Below, one piece after another: positions 21,484 to 30,364 of a stretch of 30,364 nt of DNA. The notes beneath the pieces were generated by a model that had not been told where the DNA came from, searched no databases, and worked only from the letters and a program-made list of their open reading frames with translations. Position numbers and translations under genes: made by a program. Position 1 is the first letter of the stretch. Every line of letters starts with the position of its first letter. This stretch comes from Chiloscyllium plagiosum (Eukaryota): positions 12,850,254 to 12,880,617 of the forward strand of contig NC_057749.1 of assembly GCF_004010195.1 (NCBI RefSeq). Direction: 5' to 3'.

Positions 21484-21827
21484 GGCGGCACGGTGGCACA
21501 GTGGTTAGCACTGCTGCCTCACAGCGCCAGAGACCCGGGTTCAATTCCCGCCTCAGGCGACTGACTGTGTGGAGTTTGCACATTCTCCCCGTGTCTGCGT
21601 GGGTTTCCTCCGGGTGCTCCGGTTTCCTCCCACAGTTCCAAAGATGTGCAGGTCAGGTGAATTGGCCATGCTAAATTGTCCATTGTGTTAGGTAAGGGGT
21701 AAATGTAGGGGTATGGATGGTTTGCGCTTCGGCGGGTCGGTGTGGACTTGTTGGGCCGAAGGGCCTGTTTCCACACTGTAAAGTAAAGTAATCTAATCTA
21801 ATCTAAAGTAATCTAATCTAATCTAAT
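21484..21827 (+). mobile_element. HE1-type V-SINE, full length, nested in CR1
   Basis: Near-identical to the copies at 9860 and 12425. The tail has aaagtaatctaatctaatct duplicated. Confidence 0.96.
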
Positions 21828-22019
21828 ATACTGACATTGGATGCAGTCCAAAGAAGGTTTACTCAGTTAGTTTAGACATGGAGGGATTTTCTTATGAGGA
21901 GATGTTGAATAGGTTGGACTTGTACTAATTGGGGCTTAGAAGAATGAGAGAAGACCTTATGAAAAACACACATAAGATTCTTAATGGGCTTAGCAGATGC
22001 AAAGTTGTTTCCGTTGTGA

Positions 22020-22156
22020 AAGTCTGTGTTGAGTATTAACCATTACAATAGTCTAAACACTAACATAGTCTGAGTCTGTTCACAGCCATTGTAGACACTA
22101 TAATATGCCTGTATCTGTTGTTAGACACTGAAATAGGATCTGTGCCTGTTGTTACC
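22020..22156. repeat. Degenerate 36-40-bp minisatellite (right part)
   Basis: cattgtagacactataat and tagacactgaaataggatctgtgcctgttgttac match the units at 20045-20350. Confidence 0.6.
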
Positions 22157-22845
22157 TCATCTGAGTTTCTATCTCAGTTATATCACAAGGGATGAGCCAC
22201 TGAGTTTTAACTAGCGATGCTGAGTGGGCTTCTTCTAAATGTTGCTTTTTTCTGAAGTCACGTCCTGTTTCGGAATGATTTGTTGAGGAGTTCCAGTCAC
22301 TGTCTGATGTCACTCCCTTCTATTAGCCAAAGCGCTGAGATCCAACATGTGCACAGTCTCAGTGGTCAGAACACGTTGGAGTTGCTGCTTGAACCTCACT
22401 ATGTATTATATTTCTACACACATTATATTTCGACTGGCAGACTCCAGGGTTAGTTTGGGAACATGGCAGTGCAACAATGGCCTGACATTGAGTTCACCCC
22501 AGCTACTGCAAAGCGGGTTTATAGCTGACTGGACGTAAGGACCTATTCCAAAGGACGTAAGGACTCCTCCACGAGCTCCTCCAGAACTCAGAAAAAGTAG
22601 AGATGCCAGGACGGATTGAAACACCGTGAACTATAAAGTTAGGAAGTCCAGGCTTTATGATCACTGATGTAAGACATTGGCATTTATGTCATTGTCCAAT
22701 TCCCACTGGGACCAGCAGTGGTTCGTTAATATTGACACCATCTTTACAACATTTAACTAAAGATGTGCCGCTGCTTTGATGTCACCATTACTTCTTAAAT
22801 AGGGGCGTGGATATTCTCTGATGAGGATACATTACATCTTAACTT

Positions 22846-23230
22846 TTGCCCAGTTCCTGTGCAAACAGCAGCTTGCCCTTCTGGGAGTCACACTGACCGG
22901 TTAGAGTGCACAGTATGTACTAACATTAATATGCCCAATTATGTCACACTAAGTTCTGTGCCCAGTACATGTTCTAACAGCAGCCTGCCCCTCTGAGTCG
23001 CACTGACTAGTTCCAGTGTCCATTACCTGTTCTAAAAGTAGTTTGCTAGTCATGCTGACTAGCTATAGTGCCCAGTACCTGTTCTAACAGTAGTCTGCTC
23101 CTCCATGTTACACTGACTATTATAGTGCCTGGTACCTGTAATAATAACAGCTTGCCCCTTTGAGCCATGCTGGCTGGGTAAAATACCTAGTATGTTTACC
23201 AACAGTAGCCTCCCCCATTGAATCACACCA
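22846..23230. repeat. Degenerate 52-60-bp minisatellite, about 7 units
   Basis: The unit gtgcccagtacctgttctaacagcagc(t/c)tgccc...gagtcacactgactag starts near 22847, 22907, 22958, 23016, 23068, 23125 and 23185. Confidence 0.8.
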
Positions 23231-24454
23231 CTGATGCTCTCAGTCCCTCTGGAACATTCTACACATATTGATCATGTATGGTTATCATTATGCATTTTTT
23301 ATATTGAGAATATTAAATATTGCTGATATAGCAGTGTTTATAACCAGCCCTGATTATCAGTGTACAATTGAAAAATGATATACAGCTCTGAATAACATTG
23401 TAGTGGAACAGTTTGAGAGAATACAATCTAAAGTGCAGTGTACTCCTTGAACCATCCAGCACACCAGGAGCAAGGATATTGGCACATTGTAACTACAGGC
23501 TAAATCACAGTGAGACAACTTTCACCAGGGACTTACACACTCATTTAGAAGAGTATAAAGATGTCCCTTTATCTAGTGTAGCCTGTCATTCCTCTCTGTC
23601 TTCATCACCACCTCTTTTCACACATCCTGCAGTGGCCTCTAATCCTCCCTCACGTTCTCTTTTTCTTTCAGTTGCTGTCATTCTGTTGACATTTTCCGTT
23701 TTGAAAGTCAATTCCTTAATCCCAGCAAAACATACCCAACATTTTGGAAAACAAATCTGCCAACCCAATAGTCCATGTTATCTAGCTTAGCAAATTTTAA
23801 CAAATTGCTCTACTACAGTTAACATCCTACCTGTAATACTAAAGATTTGTCGTTGAACATGTCCTGTACGTCCCTGTACAGAAAATAATTAACTATCACA
23901 ACAGTTCAAACATCCTGTGGTGACAATCTGCAACTGCCACAGTCTGAGACTGAGAGCTAATTCCGGTGGTGGTGATCTTGTAAAGCCATATCCTCTGCCA
24001 GAAAATGAATGTAAACCTTGGGAGCTGGAAGAAGTGAACTGCTTCTGAATTAATGCCGTCTCCCTCGTTTTTGGGAAATCAATCTCCTTTAAGTGTCAAA
24101 GATAGAAAAACCCACAGTCAATGTGGCTGTTTCTGTTTGAATGTCTCCCGAAAAATGTACACTTGGTAGAAGTGATTTAGCAGAATTTTGCCACCTGCTC
24201 TGCCTTGGTAATATAATCCAAAGCAAGATTAGATTCCACATAAATATACTAAAGACGTTGGTACTGGTGCACAACACACTCTGAACTGATTTCTTAAAGC
24301 ACAATGTGTAAACAGCTCTGAATTATCCAGACTTGCAGTGATGATGGTGAGAGACAAGTGAACCTGTTGTACATCAAAACTCAGCTCAAAATGAACTGGC
24401 TCCTGGTGCTACAGTTCCATCTCAGTAATGGATTGCATCCGTTATGATATCGAC

Positions 24455-25725
24455 TATATGTGAGTGAGGGAATCAGGGAGGAGGTAATCGGAATAGGGGA
24501 AAGTCAGAAGGATCGGAGGAACATATAGGGATACTTGAATGAAGGGAGAGTGATTGAGAGAACTGGGGGAGATTGGAGGAGGACTTGAAAGGATGGGAGG
24601 GATCAAAGCAATCAGAAGAGGAATCGGCGGAGAGTTGAGGAGATCATGGTTGGTCAATGGGGAATGGGGGCAGAGTTGAAGAGATTGAGGGAGAGTCAAG
24701 GTAACTAGGGAAGAGTTGAGGGGCTCAGGGAAAGGTCCAGGGAATTCAGGGAGCTGGGGGAAGGAGTCAGCAGAATTGAGGAGACTGGAGGAGATTGGAG
24801 AAGGAGGTGAAGGGATCAAGGAAGGAGTCAATGGGATTTGAGGAGAGTCCGTGAAAAAGTCAAAGGGATTGGGGAAAGAACTGAGGGGACTGGGGAAGGA
24901 GTCAAGGGAATTAGAAAAAGAGCTAAAGGAATTGTAGGAAGAGTCAAGGGGATTAGGGTGGAGTTGAGGGGATTGGATAGAATTGAGGGGATTAGAGGAG
25001 ACTCGAGGGATAGGGAATGACTCTCGGGGTTTGGGGAGGAGTTAGGGAATTCAGGAGAAGAATCAAGGTGATTGAGGCATAGTCAGGGATTGAGATGAGT
25101 TAAAGACTTTGTGAAGGAATTGAGGGGATGGGATGATTTGAGGAAATTGGGGAGTGAGTCAAGGGGATTGGGGGAAAGTTGAGAGGGTTTTGGAAGTGTT
25201 GTGAAGATACTGCAGAGTTTGGAGAGGAATTGGGGAATTAGGGGACAGTTAAAGAGAATGGGGGTGGATTTGAAGGGACTGGAGGGAAGTTATGAAAGTA
25301 TTGAGGGATCAGGGAGGAGTCAAAAGACTGGGGAGGAGTTGTGGAGGTGCTTTGGGGATTGGGAGGAGTTGAAGGAATTAGCTGGAGTTAAGGATCGAAT
25401 GACCTGGAAAGAGTCAAATCTATTGGGGAGAAGTCGGCATTGGGGGAGAGTCAAAGATGTTGGTGAGCAGTCAGGGGATTGGGTGGAGTCAAAGGGTTTG
25501 GGGTGGAAACCAGGGGATTGGGGAGGAGCTGGAGAAAAGGGGAGAAGTCAAGAGGATAGAGGAGGAGTTAAGACCTTGGGGAGGGGTGAGGAGGTTGGGA
25601 GGAGTCAGGAAATCAGGAAAGAGTTGGGGATTGGTAAAGCTCAAGGGAAGTTGGAGAGATTCAAAAAGATTTAGGGAAGAGTTGGAGAGAATGTAGACAA
25701 GTCAAGTGGATCATGGAGGAGCCTA
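24455..25725. repeat. Purine-rich degenerate tandem repeat, unit about 21 bp (gggattggggaggagtcaagg-like)
   Basis: About 1.27 kb of G/A-rich sequence with recurrent ggagtcaag or gagttgagg followed by ggattgggg. Confidence 0.85.
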
Positions 25726-25776
25726 GGTATGTTTTTCCCACATAATCTTCCAGAGTCAAGGAGTGAGGGTCTTTTA

Positions 25777-26030
25777 TTACAATGAGTCATACAAATGCAG
25801 ACTCTGCTCCAATTGCTGGCTGATTCTCTGATAGAAGACAATTTGCTGCTGGAGGTAAGACTGCATCATGCGTTTGAAATCTATGATCCTGCGCTTGTGG
25901 AAGTGGTTCATCTCGGCCTGTAGAGCAAATCCTACCACTCGACATCGTCTCTTTATCCCATCCACTTGCTCCTGATCCATCTTTCCTTCATCGCTCATCC
26001 TCTGGCTATCTTTCACCTTGGCAAAGGCAC
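25777..26030 (-). CDS. SNX33: Sorting nexin-33, terminal coding exon (BAR-domain C-terminus)
   Basis: GAFAKVKDSQRMSDEGKMDQEQVDGIKRRCRVVGFALQAEMNHFHKRRIIDFKRMMQSYLQQQIVFYQRISQQLEQSLHLYDSL* matches the SNX33 C-terminus as I recall it (RRCRVVGFALQAEMNHFH), better than SNX9 or SNX18. Acceptor ...tctctgtattggtaacAG|GT (AG at 26032-26031, phase 1), with a CTGAC branch-like site upstream. TAA stop at 25779-25777. Confidence 0.93.
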
Positions 26031-26289
26031 CTGTTACCAATACAGAGACATATCTATCAGTCAGAACTCAGCACCTATTTTACACACAAATGGAATTGTT
26101 TGAATTCTTGATTTTGACATTTTACTCAGCATCAAAACCCTAAAAGAAACTTACTATTTTAAACATATTGCAGGACAGAAACATTTGAGTGTCTGAGCAG
26201 TGATATGACCACAGCACTACTGAAAAACACTTTTAATATGGGAGCTTCTTTGTACCAGGAGCAACTTTGCCTTTGTGATTGTTAATGTC

Positions 26290-26620
26290 TAAGTCTCACT
26301 TTTGAGTCATGAGATCAAAATCCAGGTTACACACTGAGGGAGTGCTGCACTGTCAAAGATCAAATGTTTTTAACGAGCCACTAAAACAAGCCTCATCTCC
26401 TTTGATTGGTAGATGTAAAAGATTCCCTGGAATTATTTTAAGAAGATCAGGAAAGTTTGACTTTGATGTCCTGAAGTCAATATTCATTTCTCAACCAACA
26501 TCATACTACACTTTCTGAAAGCTTGCCTGTAGGTAAGTTGGCTACACTTTAAATATGATTCTATTGCTGTAGAACTCTTTGGAACATGTTGAAGTGATCA
26601 CCAAAACTTTATATTGACAA
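26290..26620 (+). mobile_element. DeuSINE (SacSINE1/AmnSINE1-type) remnant in the SNX33 intron
   Basis: Deu-domain words ctgagggagtgctgcactgtc, gatgtaaaagattccctgg, aagaagatcagg and tcaaccaacatca, plus the tail ttgctgtagaactctttggaacat. Confidence 0.75.
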
Positions 26621-26781
26621 TTCCTTATTTACAATTGGAATTCAATTCCTTAAACACCTTCTGTACCTCAGTCAAGGGATTATTTCTGGTCAGTTGTTTG
26701 ACTTTTGTCAACAACTTGAGCTGGGTGTTCACTGGACACTAATGTACATTTACTGCATAGTAACAGAAATAAAGAGCAGGA

Positions 26782-26997
26782 TTAAATACTGAAAACACTG
26801 AAGGCGCTTGGTAGTATCTGTGGAGAAAAAAAAGAGGAAACATTTCAAATCTCTTGTGACTTTTCTTCAGAAATTTATTTTCGAAGAGTCACAGCAGACT
26901 CTGTTTCTCTCTCCACAGGTACTACCTGATGTGCTGTGCTTCTCCAATGTTCTCTGTCTTTGTTTCAGATTTCCAGTATCTGCAGGATTTTGCCTTT
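26782..26997. mobile_element. Old fold-back Penelope-terminal element (family B-like)
   Basis: Decayed inverted arms (gtagtatctgtggaga / tctccacaggtactac; gtgactttt / gaagagtcac). The 13-bp direct repeat ataaagagcagga occurs at 26769-26781 and 26998-27010. Confidence 0.7.
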
Positions 26998-27427
26998 ATA
27001 AAGAGCAGGAATCTTGGATGATTTCAGGCTCAACATCACAAGATTGAACATAACCTGATTATTGTAGCCTTTTTATGTCTGAACTACACATTAAGCTCTG
27101 CAGAGCTTCTTTAATTAGAGTTAAAATCAAAATGAACTACAAACAAAGCACTTCTCATGAGGATAATCCATTGTTGTGGTAACACAAAGAGTCTGAACCA
27201 GACTGTTTCAGAAGCCTAATGTGGAGGCAGAATATTAAATACCAGCATCATTTACTCAACAACACTAGCTGTGATCTATCACTCTTTTATCAGCAAGAGT
27301 CACATAAACAATAAAAAAGTTTAAATCTTTTGACTCATTTACGACAGTAATTTTAATTTTTGACTCAGTAAATATATACATTTTGGTGTTTCTTGTTATA
27401 CAGTTAGTTATTAGTTAAGATATTCTC

Positions 27428-27648
27428 AGCTGAAAATGTATTGCTGGAAAAGCGCAGCAGGTAAGGCAGCATCCAAGGAGCAGGAGAATCGACGTTTCGG
27501 GCATGAGCCCTTCTTCAGGAATGAAGAAGGGCTCATGCCTGAAACGTCGATTCTCCAGCTCCTTGGATGCTGCCTGACCTGCTGCACTTTTTCAGCAACA
27601 CATTTTCAGCTCTGATCTCCAGCATCTGCAGACCTCACTTTCTCCTAG
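27428..27648. mobile_element. Fold-back Penelope-terminal element (family A) in the SNX33 intron
   Basis: 90-bp inverted arms (27428-27517 and 27522-27611, about 6 mismatches) with a 4-nt spacer. The 14-bp direct repeat aagatattctcagc occurs at 27417-27430 and 27649-27662. Confidence 0.92.
27487..27522 (-). ncRNA. Minimal type I hammerhead ribozyme motif, sense to SNX33
   Basis: The minus strand reads auuc-CUGAAGA-a-gggc-ucau-gccc-GAAA-c-GUC-gauu. Confidence 0.7.
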
Positions 27649-27759
27649 AAGATATTCTCAGCACCAGTTAACTGGTGCTTTATGACTCTATGGTTGAAAA
27701 GTTCTTGTTTTGAAGCAGAATGAAATTGAACAAAATTTCCAGATTTTATTATTTTCTTT

Positions 27760-27888
27760 ACTCACTCATGAGTTGTGGACTTTGCTGGCTGGGCCAGCAT
27801 TAATTGCCTCTCCCTATTTACCCTTGAGGTCAGCTGCTTTCTTAAACTGCTGTAGTCCATGTGCTGTGGGTAGGCCATTCCAGGATTC
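27760..27888 (-). mobile_element. LINE 3' tail fragment (same family as 30-792)
   Basis: Reverse complement of the ...aagaaagcagctgacctcaagggtaaatagggagaggcaattaatgctggcccagccagc tail. Confidence 0.7.
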
Positions 27889-28049
27889 CAATTGTTTAAA
27901 TATTGAATAAACATACCAGTCATGTCGGAAGAATTATTTTCAATTCTATTTAATTGGTAGTTGAAGGCTTGGTTAATGAATCTCAACATTTAGCATGGTC
28001 ATTGAGATCAATCAGAGGAATGGAAGAAAAGATTAGCCCTGTGCTTTTT

Positions 28050-28495
28050 CGTTAATTCACAGAATGTGGGTGCTGCACAGAAGTTAATGCCAATCTCTCA
28101 ATGCCTTGAGAGAGTGGTGGTGAGCTGCATTTTTGAACTGCTGCAGTCCTTGGGGTATGGATACAGTCATAATGCTGTTAGGAAGGGCATTCCAGAATTT
28201 TGACCCAGCAACAGTGAAGGAGCAGCAATATAGATTCAAGTCAGAAACTTACAGATGGCGCTGTTCTCATTAATCTCCTGCTCTGGTCCTAGATGGGAGA
28301 AATCACAAATTTGGAAGGTGCTGTCGAAGGAGGCTTACTGAGTTGCTGCACTGCACCTTGTAGATGAAATGTACTGTTGCCACTATATGTCAGTGGTGAA
28401 AGGAGTGAAATTTGAAGATGGTGGATGCATGCCAATCAAGAAGTCCTGGACAGCGTCAAGCTTCTTGAGCATTGATGAAGCTGTACTCATGCAGG
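28050..28495 (-). mobile_element. LINE 3' end (same family as 30-792)
   Basis: The reverse complement has ctcaagaagcttgacgctgtccaggac (cf. 351-377) and gcagttcaaaaatgcagctcaccaccactctctcaaggc. Confidence 0.75.
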
Positions 28496-28497
28496 AT

Positions 28498-28766
28498 TAG
28501 CAAGGTCAATCCACTAATCTGCACATCCCTGGATGTTATGGGCAATTTAGTATGGCCAATCCACCTAATCTGCACATCCCTGGACGCTATGGGCAATTTG
28601 GCATGGCCAATTTACCTCATCTGCACATCCCTGGACTGTGAAGATCCAGAAGAAACACATGCAGACACAGGGAGAATGCGCAACTCCACACAGTTGCTTG
28701 AGGGTGGAATTGAAACCAATGCCTGACGCTGAGGTAGCAGTGCTAACCACTGAGCCACCATGCCAC
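28498..28766 (-). mobile_element. HE1-type V-SINE, old, with three internal 51-bp units
   Basis: The reverse complement head reads ggcatggtggctcagtggttagcactgctacctca. ct(a/c)atctgcacatccctgga occurs at 28514, 28565 and 28616. Confidence 0.85.
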
Positions 28767-29230
28767 GTGTTAAAGGATATCCAAAGAACACCAGCAAGAT
28801 TCTGAAGCAAACTGCTTGACAGAATAGAGACTTGTCATGGTTTTCTACCTACACCAGACTAAAATTTCTCAGCATTATTCCATTATTACTGAATGATCTC
28901 CACTTACTTATTGCATTTCCATACAAAACCGAGATCAATGTAATTATGGAAACATCACTGACAGGAAGTTTAGCGTAGTGTTACATAAACATGGCACAGA
29001 GATTTAGTTTAGTAATTGTAGTTGTGTTCTAGTTGTCACACTCAGCTAGGCCTCTGCTTAGTGACTTTTTAATTGGACTTATATTGTTGACATTTTAATA
29101 GTTACATTAGATTAGGTTTGTCAGTGATGTTTAACAGTTGCAGTTGGCTAGATCTTTCAAAGATGCCTCTATCAGCACACAGATTAGACAATTATTTGTC
29201 CTTGAACCAATCTTAAACACCACTCCTACA

Positions 29231-30364
29231 ATCATAAGACCATAAGACATAGGAGCGGAAGTAAGGCCATTCAGCCCATCGAGTCCACTCTGCCATTCAA
29301 TCATGGCTGATGGGCATTTCAACTCCACTTACCCGCATTCTCCCTGTAGCCCTTAATTCCTTGTGACATCAAGAATTTATCAATCTCTGCCTTGAAGACA
29401 TTTAGCATCCCAGCCTCCACTGCACTCTGCGGCAATGAATTCCACAGGCCCACCACTCTCTGGCTGAAGAAATGTCTCCGCATTTCTGTTCTGAATTTAC
29501 CCCCTCTAATTCTAAGGCTGTGTCCACGGGTCCTAGTCTCCTCCCCGAACGGAAACAATTTCCTAGCGTACACCCTTTCCAAGCCATGTATTATCTTGTA
29601 AGTTTCTATTAGATCTCCCCTTAATCTTCTAAACTCCAATGAATACAATCCCAGGATCCTCAGCCGTTCCTTGCATGTTAGACCTACCATTCCAGGGATC
29701 ATCCGTGTGAATCTCCGCTGGACACGCTCCAGTGCCAGTATGTCCTTCCTGAGGTGTGGGGACCAAAACTGGACACAGTACTCCAAATGGGGCCTAACCA
29801 GAGCTTTATAAAGTCTGAGTAGCACAACGGTGCTTTTATATTTCAACCCTCTTGAGATAAATGACAACATTGCATTCGCTTTCTTAATCACGGACTCAAC
29901 CTGCATGTTTATCTTTAGAGAATCCTCAACTAACACTCCCAGATCCCTCTGTACTTTGGCTTTACGAATTTTCTCACCGTTTAGAAAGTAGTCCATGCTT
30001 GTATTCTTTTTACCAAAGTGCAAGACCTCGCATTTGCTCACATTGAATTCCATCAGCCATTTCCTGGACCACTCTCCCAAATTGTCTAGATCCTTCTGCA
30101 GCCTCCCCACTTCCTCAGTACTACCTGCCTGTCCACCTAACTTTATATCATCGGCAAACTTCGCTAGAATGCCCCCAGTCCCTTCATCCAGAGCACTAAT
30201 GTATAATGTGAACAGCTGCGGCCCCAACACTGAACCCTGCGGGACACCACTTGTCACCGGCTGCCATTCCGAAAAAGAACCTTTTATCCCAACTCTCTGC
30301 CCTCTGTCAGACAGCCAATCCTCAATCCATACCAGGAGCTCACCTCGAACATCATGGGCCCTCA
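29231..30364 (-). mobile_element. Young CR1 LINE 3' part with an uninterrupted ORF2 (RT) frame running off the window
   Basis: SGVPQGSVLGPQLF...KFADD...LQKDL...RPHLEYCVQFWSP...RRLRGDLIETYKI. The frame stays open to the window edge (RAHDVRGELLVWIEDWLSDRGQRV). Stop at 29319-29321, with a (tcttatgg)-type 3' terminal repeat. Confidence 0.96.

Larger units (their letters stand above)
20365..22015 (+). mobile_element. Old CR1 LINE RT fragment carrying two nested insertions
   Basis: GKSYLTDLLQLFVEATSRKVKGEPVDVIYLELQTIFDKIPHKKLLNTL corresponds to the CR1 motif GKSCLTNL...VDVVYLDF.KAFDKVPH. The upstream ggtaattataggccagttaacttaacatct translates to GNYRPVNLTS. Confidence 0.9.

Noticed and set aside
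1..24450. Exons of CSPG4, the downstream neighbour of SNX33 in mammals
   Set aside because: I saw no ORF resembling the large CSPG4 terminal exon or any other recognisable host protein.
24454..25696. Pro/Ser/Leu-rich and Gly/Glu-rich ORFs
   Set aside because: They are compositional by-products of the purine-rich 21-bp repeat, with no recognisable domain.
26031..26040. TTG start of the 87-aa ORF as a single-exon gene
   Set aside because: Homology begins at the AG acceptor, and MVT is intronic. The PX and SH3 coding part lies outside the window.

Overview
Repeat-rich vertebrate nuclear DNA, almost certainly from a shark; this is inferred from HE1-type V-SINEs, DeuSINE remnants and HER1/CR1 LINEs. 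The only host coding sequence I can support is the terminal exon of SNX33 (sorting nexin 33, BAR-domain C-terminus) on the minus strand at 25777-26030. Sequence to its right is the last intron; sequence to its left is the 3'UTR and downstream intergenic DNA. The rest is a nested mosaic of CR1, L2 and Penelope-like (PLE) retroelement fragments, seven HE1 SINEs, other tRNA-derived SINEs, a 33-bp satellite that matches a DeuSINE segment, and several minisatellites. The most notable signal is a set of short non-coding PLE-terminal insertions from four sequence families. Six are flanked by exact 10-16-bp target-site duplications. Each carries a minimal hammerhead-ribozyme motif (CUGANGA, stem II, GAAA, palindromic stem III, NUH), intact or decayed. 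Several are fold-back palindromes whose inversion point sits on the ribozyme core, and one with an intact core lies in sense orientation in the SNX33 intron. Family names come from my recall of consensus sequences, not from database searches, and the boundaries of old repeats are approximate.
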